DNA from: Schizosaccharomyces osmophilus
Lineage: Eukaryota
Direction of reading: 5' to 3'
NCBI RefSeq assembly: GCF_027921745.1
Contig: NC_079239.1
Location: 3,410,001 to 3,474,000 of the forward strand
Length of the DNA stretch: 64,000 nucleotides
In this document: positions 38,736 through 50,276 of the stretch, in pieces
Numbering within the stretch: the stretch's first letter is position 1
How the letters are laid out: every line of letters begins with the position of its first letter
Program-made: the position numbers and the translations under genes
The notes under the pieces: generated by a model
Told to the model about the DNA's origin: nothing
What the model saw: the letters and a program-made list of their open reading frames with translations, nothing else
Databases searched by the model: none

Positions 38736-39947
38736 TTAAATCAAAGAAGCAGGGCGTCTTGCCTTCTCCGTTTCGTGGTCATACTGTAACTCCTCATCAA
38801 AGTTTGGGAATGTATTATACCCATAGTTGTATGGAGCATAAAATAGGGAACGGACGTAAGGGGAAAGTTCAAGACCCTTCATAAGTCTATCGACTAAATC
38901 CGGATTTGACGTGTAATATCTCGAAAATGCGACCATAGTGCGGTTGTCACCATCCACATCAGCTTTTAAAGACTTAAATTCTGGTTTATCGTAGGTGTAA
39001 TTGCCGCCTTGCAAAACATTTCCTTTCCACAACTGCTTTATGAAGTCGTTGGAACCAGCAATGTCAGCTAAGTTTACATCTACATTATTATTTACCCTAG
39101 GTTCAACCACCGAAAGGTAAGCAAGCTGTTTACCATTGTTTGCACGCTTTTGAAGTTCATTCACCAAATAACTAAAAGTGGTTATAGGATGCACGGTATC
39201 TTTTTCTGCTTTCATTCCTTGAAATTTGGCCCAAGGGGACAATCTGATTGCAACTCTTTCAGAGCCAATTGTCTCACTTAAAAGATCGATAATTTCCAGT
39301 ATTATTCTTGCACGGTTCTCAATAGAACCGCCATAGTTATCTGTTCTTTGATTTGCTGCGGGCTGTAAGAATTGATCAAGTAGGTATCCATGAGCACTAT
39401 GAAGTTCCACGCAATCAAACCCGCCATTTATAGCGTTGACGGCTGCGTTCTTGTAATCTTCATAAATGATACTTTTAATTTCTTCTTCGGTTAATGCTCT
39501 GACAGGATTGCCTACGGCTTCTGCTGTCTTTTTGGAATCTTCGCTATCATAGAGAGCAGAGGAGGAAACCAAATCCAAACCATGTTTTTTTAAAAGTTCT
39601 GGGGACCCGACTCTTCCTGCGAACCAGAGTTGACAGACCATGAAGCTTCCTTTTGCATGTACCGCATCTGTAATTTTTTTCCATGCTTGAACCTGATTGT
39701 CATTCCAAATGCCAGGGATATTGGGGTATAAACCAGCACGAAGAGAGATCAAGGTGGCTTCTGAAATGATTAAAGAGCCAGGAGTCTGTGCTCGATCAGA
39801 ATAGTGCCGCAGCATCAAGTCGCTTGGAGTATGGTCATCTGTAGCACGGAGTCTTGTTGTAGGAGCAAAAGCGATTCTATGATTCAGCTTCATGTTACCA
39901 ACGTGAATGGGTTGGAACAAGTTTGTCTGATTCAACCCGATGGCCAT
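38736..39947 (-). CDS. old yellow enzyme (NADPH dehydrogenase, FMN-dependent ene-reductase)
   Basis: 403 aa. APTTR.RA, ELHSAHGYLLDQF, NQRTD.YGGSIENRAR and SRY..SNPDLV motifs. Confidence 0.95.
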   Translation of the reverse strand: MAIGLNQTNLFQPIHVGNMKLNHRIAFAPTTRLRATDDHTPSDLMLRHYSDRAQTPGSLIISEATLISLRAGLYPNIPGIWNDNQVQAWKKITDAVHAKGSFMVCQLWFAGRVGSPELLKKHGLDLVSSSALYDSEDSKKTAEAVGNPVRALTEEEIKSIIYEDYKNAAVNAINGGFDCVELHSAHGYLLDQFLQPAANQRTDNYGGSIENRARIILEIIDLLSETIGSERVAIRLSPWAKFQGMKAEKDTVHPITTFSYLVNELQKRANNGKQLAYLSVVEPRVNNNVDVNLADIAGSNDFIKQLWKGNVLQGGNYTYDKPEFKSLKADVDGDNRTMVAFSRYYTSNPDLVDRLMKGLELSPYVRSLFYAPYNYGYNTFPNFDEELQYDHETEKARRPASLI

Positions 39948-40477
39948 CTTTCAGGGAACTGATCAAATTGGTAGGGGTGTGTAGGTAGTTACGAAAGCGA
40001 GAAACATTGGTTGGTTTGCTGAAACTGTACGGAACGGTTCACCAAAAAAGAGGAAAAGCTAACTATAAAAATAAATAAATAGAAATAGAAAGTTTCACTA
40101 GTGGTAAACAAGATTATTGATATGTCGTTGCAGTAACCTTGAGCCTTGTGTTCATCTCTAGTGGTTTCCTACATGTTAGTTGAATGAGCTTTTTAATGCA
40201 GCGTGTTAAATCAAGCATGCTGTGGTACTGGCTATATATCGGGATGGAACAAACTGTGCTTTGAAGGATCAAGCCTACATATGCAAAGAAAGCAACTTAC
40301 GGGCAAACGGATACTTGTCAAAATTTTGTTTATACTAAATTGGAGGAAATATCTCAAGGCAGGTTTCCAACTTGGAAAAGGGAAATTATCCAATCGCCCA
40401 TTAATTAGCTCTATTACAACAACGTTCACGAGAATTTCCATTATCCCACAAGCTTCGACGATGATTCCTTTTCGAGT

Positions 40478-41302
40478 TTAATGGCAGAATTTGGTTCTTC
40501 CACTGACACAAACATCTTCTCCATATACATTGCCAATGACGACATCATGATTGATGCAACTGAACTGGTCGTTTGGGCAAGTTTGTATACAGGTGTCAAC
40601 TCGTGGAGCCAAGTCACCCAATACTACGGGAGCATCCATACTCCAGGAAACGCAGCAACCAGCATAACAGACAGCACGAGGACCATGGGGAATAGTTCCT
40701 GGGTTACCCCATAAATAATTTTTCAGTAGAACGCATGACCCTTTCACTGCTGTATGCTTATCGTCGCAGGTGTATGTACCATCGTAACGCTTTTCCAAGT
40801 TGTTGGAGGAGGATGTATCCGATTCTTGGGAGATCAATTTTTGGAAAAAGTCTTGTAATTTTTGATTCGAGCTAGATTTACTGAGTTTGGTAAAGATCGT
40901 CGCATCGTTATTGCAAAAACTGAGCAAATCTTTAGCGAAACTGGATTTATCATTCAGTTGCATATACTCGTTGTAACCACCGACTGATGCATAATGAGCT
41001 AGATATACAAGATCACCAACTAAGTCTTTATCATTTGCTTGAGAAGCCAATTTCAAAAGAGAGTCCACTTTTCCATAGTTGTCTCCAGACAGATAGTTTA
41101 TGGTAAAGTTGAACTGACTCAAGTCTTCCTGGTACAAGCTTTCGTAAATCCCCGTATGGCTTACAATACCTTCGTTTCCAGAAACGTCGTCCGCAAGACT
41201 ATTCACAAGCGCATTCACAGCACCTTCATAGTCGATATGGTTGAGTTGAACTGCATAAGCAAAAGGAAGCACCAAACTTACAAGCGCAAACAGAAACAGC
41301 AT
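40478..41302 (-). CDS. secreted prepro-protein with Kex2 site and a 102-aa, 10-cysteine C-terminal domain (toxin/effector-like)
   Basis: Signal peptide MLFLFALVSLVLPFAYA, LEKR dibasic site at 40787-40798, and mature domain YDGTYTC...PRAVCYAGCCVSWS...CVSGRTKFCH. TATA at ~41370. Confidence 0.8.
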   Translation of the reverse strand: MLFLFALVSLVLPFAYAVQLNHIDYEGAVNALVNSLADDVSGNEGIVSHTGIYESLYQEDLSQFNFTINYLSGDNYGKVDSLLKLASQANDKDLVGDLVYLAHYASVGGYNEYMQLNDKSSFAKDLLSFCNNDATIFTKLSKSSSNQKLQDFFQKLISQESDTSSSNNLEKRYDGTYTCDDKHTAVKGSCVLLKNYLWGNPGTIPHGPRAVCYAGCCVSWSMDAPVVLGDLAPRVDTCIQTCPNDQFSCINHDVVIGNVYGEDVCVSGRTKFCH

Positions 41303-43113
41303 AATTACTCGGACTATCTATTTCTTGGTAAATGAGTGTATAAACAGATGCCAAGTCATTTCCAACATATTTATACCAAAAATAGGTCCCTTAGTTATCA
41401 CCTACCGAAATTTTTTTCATCTCTTCTATCCTCCATGACTTCACAATCGTATGACTTCATTTTGCTATTTTCCTTGGGATCACTTTTCAAGTAAGATGGG
41501 CGCATAGGCTGCCCCACTTGCAATGCATGCCGCGCTCGGGTGTACGGTCTTGTCCTTTACAGGCTTTCGTTACCATCAGTCTGGATGATTTTCTCCGATA
41601 GCAATATTGTAGAAACGAGGTTGTTATATTTTATTTGTTACTTTATTTGGTTCGAAAAAATAGCAGTCGTTTTGTATGCGGTTCTATGGAAGGAGAAAAG
41701 AAAAAATTGAGTAGTTTTTCTAGGAGACGTTTGATGAGAAAAGAGAAAAAAGAAATGGTCGAAAGGTGTTGTCGTAGTAGACCGGGGGGAGTTTGGGTGT
41801 TGAAATGTTATGATAAGTGGATAGAATACAATAGAACGAGGATGGGAATGAAAATGAATTGTTTTGAGTTTCTTTTTTTTATTCTAAAAAAGCGGCATAG
41901 CAGACGTTGCAATGGTACTCCTTGGTTTTTTTTGCTTGAGAGCATTTCATATGGATTACTCATCTTGATTCTGACCTCGTATTGGAATACGCCATTCAAG
42001 ATGTTTTGATCGGTAAATGTATCATCAAAGAGCACAACGAAATCAATGATATGCTATGCAGCTATCATTTGTTTGCTGTTGTAATGGAAAATGTCAGCTC
42101 TCGACAGAAGCGATAGCATGGAAACCGCCAAAAAATAAAAAAGCGACAAACGACAAACGAAACGACCGAATGTTGGGTAACGACGATCGGTCCTGTCAAG
42201 CGAACTTTCTTTTGTCTTTTCTAGCAAGTCGACAAACCATCCTTTAAAGATGGTGAAACATGTCGCTTTGGAGTTTGACGTTTCAAATTAAGCCGCTTTT
42301 TTATACCACCATTCTGCATGTATTCCCTGTCAGCCGTTTTATGAAGCAACGTTTTCTATGTCTCCCCCCATGACCGACGACAGACATTGAATTTTTATTC
42401 TTAAAGTTTTCTCTTGCTTATTTAGTCTACTGTTGCGGTTGAAAATGCTTCATTATGCTAAGTGATTATTTTCTTTATTTTTTTAAATGGTCATATTGAT
42501 TGGGAGTTGGTTTTCTTGCAATATCATCTTGCATTCTTTTGCATCCATGTAGCATCGTAACTTATTCATGGATAATCAAGCACAAATTCTACAATTATTG
42601 TTTATTGAAAAGTTGATTAGTTCCTTGTTCCTTGAAAGAATTGCGCATATTCTTTCTTTGGACTGCATCCATTCGTAGCAACTAAATATTCATTAACATA
42701 AAAAAAAAGCTCAATTGATAAAAAAAGAATAAACAAAGTATGAAATATAATTCAGCATAACTCGCATCTTTTTTATCGTCTCTCACCACCATACTGACAA
42801 ACCTGCATATCCGTACTACATTTTCTCACTAATTCTGTAATATAAGAGTACAGTAATTAGACAATAATTGCCGCTATGCTGTACGGTTATACTAATCAGC
42901 GCCTTCAGAATTGTCATGCAGACACTGTTGGTATCTTCGACACTGAAAATATAATGTGCTCCCTTTACAAACCACAAAAGTCGCTTCTCTCGAGACAAAT
43001 ACGGAATCCTTAGTAATTATAAATTTTACAGTATTTTTCTTACTCTAAAAAAAAAATCTACCACAATCACAGTCCATTGAAAGCAAAGAAAATTCCAAAA
43101 AAGAGAAGGGAGG

Positions 43114-43243
43114 AGCCTACAGCACCCCGGATTCCCATGTTTTCTCCAACCACAGTACGAAACTAACGAGACCCTCAGACGTTTTCACTTAACTGCAGTG
43201 ATCGGACGGGAACTGGTGTTTTCGCCTAGGTATGGCCGTGGAC
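43114..43243 (-). rRNA. 5S rDNA copy with 5-nt and 6-nt insertions (likely pseudogene)
   Basis: Full-length match to Schizosaccharomyces 5S rRNA (GTCCACGGCCATACCTAGGCG...GCTGTAGGCT), but 130 nt long because of two insertions. Confidence 0.9.
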
Positions 43244-44021
43244 GTTGATTCGCTTTGTAAAAGTAATAAGAGCAGTTTGTCTTGTTGTAATTGATGTTCT
43301 TTAGCGTTGTGTCAACTTGATGTCCTTTAAGATCCATCCCTACTTAGCTCTATCTGTGGTATTTTATCACGGTTGAATGGAGAATGCTTTCATATTATAA
43401 GAATAAGATTTGAAAAAAAAAAAAAAAAAAACTGTTTCTATCTTTTCTATTAATTCATAATGTGCTAAGCTTTCACAGCTTGTGTTTCTACGCCGCTAAG
43501 TGTAAACTCAGTGTATGAGTAAATGGGTTGTACTTACATATATTCGGATCCACTAATATATTTTCATAGTGTGTCGACTTGACTCACCATATAAACGATA
43601 ATTTAATTTATTAAGCTACATCTGTCGAATCTTTTAATCTGAAGATTTGTGCTTTCTACGCTGTGAATCAATTTTACCTCTGGCGATAATCACTTTCGTC
43701 CTTGCCATTTATGAAGTATATGCGGAAAGTACGAAGTTCATTACGGCAGAATTTTCGTCTGAATTAAATAAATAATCATTAAAAAGGGTGTTCTATTCTC
43801 GAAGAAGATGAACAATGCGTAAACAACGGTGCTGTGAAACGAATCAACAGATTCATGAAAGAGCGAATGAAAAAAGCAATTAAAGCTATCATATAAAGAT
43901 AATGCTTACTTTGGTGGATGCGAATGCAGAAACTTGATGGACTGCAATTGACATCGATGTTTCCAAAGAAGGAGCGATATATAAAGAATGAAAGCAGGTT
44001 CGGTAAAACTCAAACTCAAAC

Positions 44022-45141
44022 TCAAACTTCAGCGCTTTGCTCAGCAAGAGGCTGAAGTTCGATTTCTTCATTCTGAGATACTTGCTCTCCTCGATTTGTA
44101 TCTTTAAAATAGGTTAATTAAAGCCCTAACGATAGCAAGCATTTACGAAGTGTACATACCTAAAATACGATCCACAGCGTTTCCTATACCATTTCCTATT
44201 CCGTTTACGCAGCTTCCTATTCCGTTTTTTAAATCAATAATAACTAACCTTAGTATTTCACGCGCATTTGCATTCACTAGAACAGTTAGAATATTTCGCG
44301 GGTGTATGACATACTCGTCAATAAAAGAAACAAGTCAACGTTAACAAAACAAACAAAGTAGATAAAATTATTGTTTATCTTTTCAAATCCTGTGAACTTC
44401 TTTGCAGCATAATACACGGTGAAACCGAGGACATCGAGAAAACACATATATAATGCTGAGATACACATAGCTGACAATACGTTTTTGGTTGCTCTTCCAG
44501 CTTGCGTGAACCATTCTTTAGGCATTTGAAATATTGCTAATAGTTAGTAAGTCGCTCAAAGTGAAAGATATCGTTGTTGAATTACCAAGCAGAAACAATA
44601 CAAAGGCTGCAACAAAGCCACCAAAAAGCCCCCAAAGGGTTTTCGCATTCACAGAAGCCTTGAAACCAAAAAATAACACAAGAAGAATAGCATAGGCCAC
44701 AATATACCCAATAGTTATAGGCAACAAGATGCCTGCTAAGACTTTCTGGCAAAGCACCACATCCCAACCAGAATTATTAGCGGAATTCTGAGCGGATCCA
44801 TCAGCCATTTCTAAATCTATAAACTTGGTTGAAGCTAATGGATGTATTAGTAATAATTCGTTGTTTGTGAAAGGATAGAGGTATTCGCCCTGTTTGTTGA
44901 CACTTATCGACAAGGTTATTAGTTTCAAACTCAACAAATAAATAAACAAGCATGATTCTTCCATCAAGAACCGTTCAAAAAGCACGCAAAAAATCAACCT
45001 TTCCTTTCTATTTCAACTAATCTTACCTGTATACGGAGGAGGCGTACCATCTGAAGGAGACGACCGACTATCTGCCTTTTCATCATTGAGCGTTTTGGAA
45101 GAGTCATCAGAACCTGAAATAGGAGTGTATTTGTTTTTCAT
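44022..45141 (-). CDS. wtf: wtf meiotic drive (poison/antidote) gene, 5 exons; 260-aa antidote, ~213-aa poison from ATG 44808
   Basis: Exons 45141-45027, 44834-44586, 44536-44315, 44276-44160 and 44101-44022 splice in frame (783 nt). Exon 1 is MKNKYTPI...PPPY. There is an in-frame ATG early in exon 2 (IDLEM), TM exons, NGIG repeats in exon 4, and a QSAEV* end. Forkhead-like sites lie in intron 1. Confidence 0.9.
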
Positions 45142-45631
45142 ATTTACAATGGCAATTAAGTCCCAAAATGTTACTGACTTTTACACTCTAAACGAAATCA
45201 ACTAGAATCACCAAGAAAAGTCCGTAGAAACTGGTTCCACTTCTCAAGGATCTGTCAAAAATCTGTCAGAAAAAAAAAAGGAATTGGATCTTGCTTAAAA
45301 GCAAACTTTATTTTGCAAGATTAGTTTGCTTTAAAACCAAAGATACGATTCTGAAAAAATCTTGGTAGTGGCTTTTCGCATGTCTCAATTCATAAAAGCA
45401 GTGACATTATGTCACTGACTGGTCACAGTCCTCATTGCGATTTTTCGTAATAGTATAATCCAAAAGAGTCGTCGTTTATTACAAAATGTAAACAAAGGAA
45501 CATTTGGCAAAACAACCATGCTTTTTGCTTTGAATGATAAAAACAAGGGATTGAAAATGCTCATATTTGTATTGAAAGATTCAGTAACTTTGGCTTAATG
45601 AACTCCAGGGAAAAAGCTCGAACACTGCAGT

Positions 45632-46499
45632 ATGCTTTTCGTATGCAATAAATGCGACGTATATGATCCATTGTCTTTAGCAATCAATAAGAATGCCAGT
45701 GGAAGGAGCGCTAATTACCCATTTTATATCCAAGCTTTTCCATACGATTTCAACTGCCATGGTAACCTCTCGTTCCTTCAAAGTCCTCCTCCTATTGACG
45801 GACAAGGAGTCTATTCGAGTATGAATAATGTCAGCTCGTTTTTGACGGTTCCTACAGATAATACCAGTGTCACCTGTGTGTACACAGGATACGACAAAAC
45901 GACATGCTATTCGGGAGATTCTCCAAAATGCTTTAGCATATCAAGCAGTATAAACAACGTCGATGTTTCCATGATGATTCTTCCCATGTACTCGTTGTGG
46001 ACAATGGGTTTCACGTCACGTCGTGTACACCGAGAGTTACTATATAATTACCCCACAAACCACGTATGCATATGTTAGTGAAAGCCTCGAAAAACCTAAA
46101 CACGATCCGTATGCAATATATAGAACCTATTTGTATTCTTGTGACGGTAATCAAACGTGTATGTTTGATTACTTGAGTGGGGCCTTAACCAGAGATAAAC
46201 AGAGATGTGGTCGAGAGTATTCTATTAAAAATAGACACTTTGAAAATAAAGAAAAATTTGTAGCTTATTTTGACGCACAGCGACAAAATACTGCAAGACA
46301 GACGAGTCTGTCTTTTATCCCCCCAAAGTTCAAGGCGATTTCTAATGGGCAAGCAGTGACCCAAACTGAGTTGGAGTCATCTATAAATTATGTCGATTCT
46401 GGCATAGATTGTATCTCTTCATCTACCTCTGTTCGCATGAAATATGGGCCGTTGTGCATTTGCTTAGCTTTTGGATTGATAATGTCGATTTTTTCATAA
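45632..46499 (+). pseudogene. 5'-truncated, frameshifted Cys-containing cell-surface (GPI-signal-like C-terminus) protein
   Basis: Two overlapping ORFs (45632-46078, 46023-46499), an ACGTC tandem duplication near 46013-46022, and a Ser-rich then hydrophobic C-terminal tail. It begins right at the wtf duplication breakpoint and has no signal peptide. Confidence 0.55.
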
Positions 46500-46922
46500 T
46501 TAAAGATAGAACTAATAGAACAGAATAGAATTGAATAGAATTAGAGTGAGTCATTCCTTTCTAATTTCTTTTTTCCACCTATTATTAATCGTTTTATATT
46601 TTTACTGTAAGGTCGCATTCATTCCTAGTTTTTCACTCCTTTTCCGTTTCCTTCTTTTCATTCAATGATTCACTAGGTGCTTAGTCACTTGCATCCATCA
46701 TGGAAGGGAAACTGATACAAAATTAGGTGGTGCAAGCGAACTTTGATACATGGTTATGTAAACGGTTAGAAGTTTGCAAATTTACAAAGCTTCAAAAGAA
46801 ATAAAGCTTTGTGTATAAAGATAGTAAGTTTCTAGGAACATAAGTCTTTAAGATTTGCATATAGAATAGCGAAAATCACAAACTGAAGTTTAATAAAGTT
46901 TGTATTATTTGCATTAATCATA

Positions 46923-47150
46923 ATGGCATTGCAATGTATTGTGAATGACACTAAGTGCGGCTTTAACCAATTGAAGCTTCATGAAGCCAACCAAATTAGC
47001 TCTTAAACCCAACGAGGTTCAAGTAAGAATGAAAGCGGCTTCTCTCAATTACATAGACTCGGTCATCATCAAAGGATTGTACTCTGTTCCTTTGGAGCTT
47101 CCTGGTTCTGATGGTCGGTGAGGACCTAAAGGGATTCCAACCTGGTTAAA
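46923..47150 (+). pseudogene. N-terminal fragment of a zinc-type alcohol dehydrogenase-like (MDR) gene
   Basis: LKPNEVQVRMKAASLNYIDSVIIKGLY...PGSDG matches the MDR N-terminal motif. Frameshifted and truncated. Confidence 0.7.
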
Positions 47151-47841
47151 CAGTTATGCTGAATATAAGAAAAAAGAAGAATGAATTCGTCGAATGAAAA
47201 TAAACTTTTGGTTCCATTGATGTTTAAACAGACTTGTAAATTCCGTTCCTACTGATCATTCTCTTTGTACCCGTTACTTGTAGAGTAACAGTCGATTTCT
47301 TAATGGCATTCATTCTTTCGTTACGATCATATAGGAATATGTCACGGCAAACTACTAATACTCTAAATAATGTGAAAAAGTGAGTAGGATAGAGTGGTGA
47401 TTTCGTGGTCAAGTTAAGTATTTTTAAATAAGTAATAAGTATTTTAAAACCATCTAAGGAGTTCTTTGAATAGTAACAGCCTAGTGATACTAAAACATAC
47501 CGTAGGATTTCCATCTTGAACGCCGTAACATAGGCACCGATCACAGCTACATGTACATTGGAAGAATGCTTTGGCCCTATACATTTATGTCAAAACAGAT
47601 TTTTAGGAAAGATAGCAATGTCTATTTTACTGATCAAAATACCTAACCAACTTTTAGCATTTCTTACAAAAACACTCGCATTTTCTGGAATTTATGCATT
47701 GAAAATGAACGAATATACATTTCTATCTATGTAAAACAAACAAAATAACGAAATCATCATTAATTTTTAAAAATAATGTAACCAAACCGAATACATTTCT
47801 CTTTTCCAAAAACGGCATTAAGCAACCTTAGTAGCGAAAAT

Positions 47842-49053
47842 CTAAACTAAAGAAACAGGGCGTCTCTTTTCTTCAGCTTGAGGGTCATACTGCAATTCTT
47901 TGCCATAATTAGGGAATGTATTGTAACCGTAATTATGAGTAGCATAAAATAAAGAACGAACATAAGGAGTAAGCTCATGACCCTTCTTCAGTCTTTCAAC
48001 CAAATCCGGGTTGGAAATAAAATATCTTGAGAAACCAATCATAGTACGGTTGTCGCCATTAACATCAGACTTCAATAACTTGAATTCAGGACTGTCATAG
48101 GTATAATTACCACTTTGCAAAATAGCTCCCTTCCATAAAGACTTGACAAACTCGTTGGAGCCAACAACGTCAGCGGAGTTGACATCCGAGCCTCCTTGCA
48201 CTCTAGGTTCCACGAGGGAAAGATAAGCAAGCTGCTTACCATTGTTAGCACGCTTTTGAAGCTCATTCACCACATAACTAAAAGTGGTGACGGGATGCAC
48301 CGAATCTTTCTCAGCCTTCATTCCTTGGAATTTGGCCCAAGGCGATAATCGAATTGCAAGTTTCTCGGCGCCAATGGTGTCACTCAAAAGATCAATAATT
48401 TCAAGCACGATTCTTGCACGCTTTTCAATAGAACCACCATAGCTGTCTGTTCTTTGGTTGGTAGCAGGTTGTAAGAATTGGTCAAGCATGTATCCATGAG
48501 CACTGTGAATTTCGACATAATCAAATCCAGCGTTTATGGCATTGATGGCTGCGTTCTTGTAATCTTCATAAATGATACTCTTGATTTCTTCTTCGGTTAA
48601 TGCTCTAACAGGATTGCCAGCAGCTTCGGCAGTCTTCTTGGATTGTTCGCTTTCATAGAAAGGAGAAGGAGAAATCAAATCCAAACCATGTTTTTTCAAA
48701 AGTTCTGGGGATCCGACTCTACCCAAAAACCAAAATTGGCTTGCTATTAAACTACCCTTTGCATGTACTGCATCTGTAATTTTCTTCCATCCTTGAACAT
48801 GTTTCTCGTTCCAAATACCGGGAATATTAGGGTATAATCCAGAGCGAGGCGAAATGAATGTGGCTTCTGAAATGAGCAAAGTACCAGGAGTTTGTGCTCT
48901 GTCGGAATAATATTGTAACATCAAATCACTTGGAGTATGGTCATCAGCAGCACGGAATCTTGTTGTAGGAGCAAAAGCTATCCTCTGATCTAGTGTATGT
49001 TTACCAACAGTTATTGGTTTAAACAAATTTGTTTGTTCCAATCCGGCAGTCAT
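47842..49053 (-). CDS. old yellow enzyme paralog
   Basis: 403 aa, highly similar to 38736-39947, with the HSAHGY active site. Confidence 0.95.
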   Translation of the reverse strand: MTAGLEQTNLFKPITVGKHTLDQRIAFAPTTRFRAADDHTPSDLMLQYYSDRAQTPGTLLISEATFISPRSGLYPNIPGIWNEKHVQGWKKITDAVHAKGSLIASQFWFLGRVGSPELLKKHGLDLISPSPFYESEQSKKTAEAAGNPVRALTEEEIKSIIYEDYKNAAINAINAGFDYVEIHSAHGYMLDQFLQPATNQRTDSYGGSIEKRARIVLEIIDLLSDTIGAEKLAIRLSPWAKFQGMKAEKDSVHPVTTFSYVVNELQKRANNGKQLAYLSLVEPRVQGGSDVNSADVVGSNEFVKSLWKGAILQSGNYTYDSPEFKLLKSDVNGDNRTMIGFSRYFISNPDLVERLKKGHELTPYVRSLFYATHNYGYNTFPNYGKELQYDPQAEEKRRPVSLV

Positions 49054-50276
49054 TGTTTACTAAAGAGTGTATAATTTAAGGTTTCTTAGCAGGTTTGTCG
49101 AGATTCTTAAGTAATGAGAGTTGCTTCTTTCCCTTGAATTTATATGTTTTCGGTTAGCAAAGTTTTGGTGTTGGCTTACTAACTGTATTTGTCAGCGTAA
49201 AAAATATTAATAATCCGTACGAAATTAATAAGCAGTAGGCGAAAAAAGAATATGTTAGAAATTAGGGATGGGTTAAGGTTTTTTATAGCGAAGTCGCTGA
49301 TGTTTTTGCCCCAATCCTGACCATGCGGATAAGGATGTGAGCAAGCCCACAGCCTAACCATTTTGTTTTCACGCTTTCATGAAAGATCGCTGAATTTTTA
49401 CCTTGCAATATCTTTTAAAGTCGCCATTCAGTGGTACTGAATATTGCTTATACGTGGAAAGTTGTCCATAACACAGGTACGTTTGCTTTGGGAGATGGTT
49501 TTATGGAACAAAAACAGTTTGAGAAGGAAAAGTTTATCAACTATCACAATACACAAAGGGAAAAGCTTCAACAAAGTTAAATCCGGCTTCAAGGTTGCAG
49601 GCAGTGAGCCAGGATGAGTTGGAGCCATTCAGATGGCTTGCCGAAACTATGTCCATGGATCGTACATTTCTGCCTTTCTCTATTGGTATATGTACACTCT
49701 CTAAACGTTTGGGTTGATAACATTGGGTTTCCATTAGTAAAAAGAAAAATGTTTAAAATGCTGAACATCTCTATTGATCGTAACTGTATAGGTCACATTC
49801 AATAAATAAATACAAGTAAAAAAGAGAAAAAAAAAAATTACTCATACAAAATGAAAATGAACCTAAATGGAATCGCGGCATTAAAAGAAGAAAGAAGAAG
49901 CATACAACGGAATTCTTACGGTCCCAATGGTTTCACACTTTCCAATGTTTTGATCATCACCCAAAATACGTACAGTCCATTACGTTGGAACCCACATGTG
50001 GGGTAGCTGTCTACTTGCCTTAAATTTTTTTCCTACCTCTACCATTTAGTATAAGCTAAGAAGTGTTGCAAATGGATCTTGTGCGAGGTACATATTGGTT
50101 GTTATGGTTGGTTCTTCTCTCTTACATCTCGCAAGTAACCAGTAGTGAGCATGAAGGATTTCAAAACGCATAATTTGTGAAGATGCAAAAGTGCCAATAG
50201 ACTCGATGTATGCAAAGTTTCATAAAGGATATAATGATGACAGACCAGCAGCTATGACATTTTTTAATGCAAAGGA

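Larger units (their letters stand above)
43114..45627. repeat. copy 1 of a ~2.5 kb direct segmental duplication (5S + wtf + upstream region)
   Basis: Near-identical to 55935-58426 in the 3' flank, exon 1, intron 1 and upstream region. Homology ends at CGAACACTG (45627/58426). Confidence 0.93.

Noticed and set aside
41400..43100. Long intergenic region examined for LTR or transposon remnants
   Set aside because: No terminal repeats, TSDs or gag/pol-like coding could be recognised. The short ORFs are low-complexity.
44006..44027. TCAAAC x3 resembling Mmi1 DSR motifs
   Set aside because: It lies antisense to the wtf mRNA and is absent from the paralog, so it is a simple microsatellite expansion.
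44150..44344. Plus-strand ORFs with FPIP repeats (also 56947-57156)
   Set aside because: They are the antisense reading of the wtf exon-4 NGIG repeats.
44518..44997. ORFs 44518-44997 and 57330-57818 as stand-alone genes
   Set aside because: They are wtf exon 2 read through from intron 1 into intron 2. Clear splice signals define the real structure.
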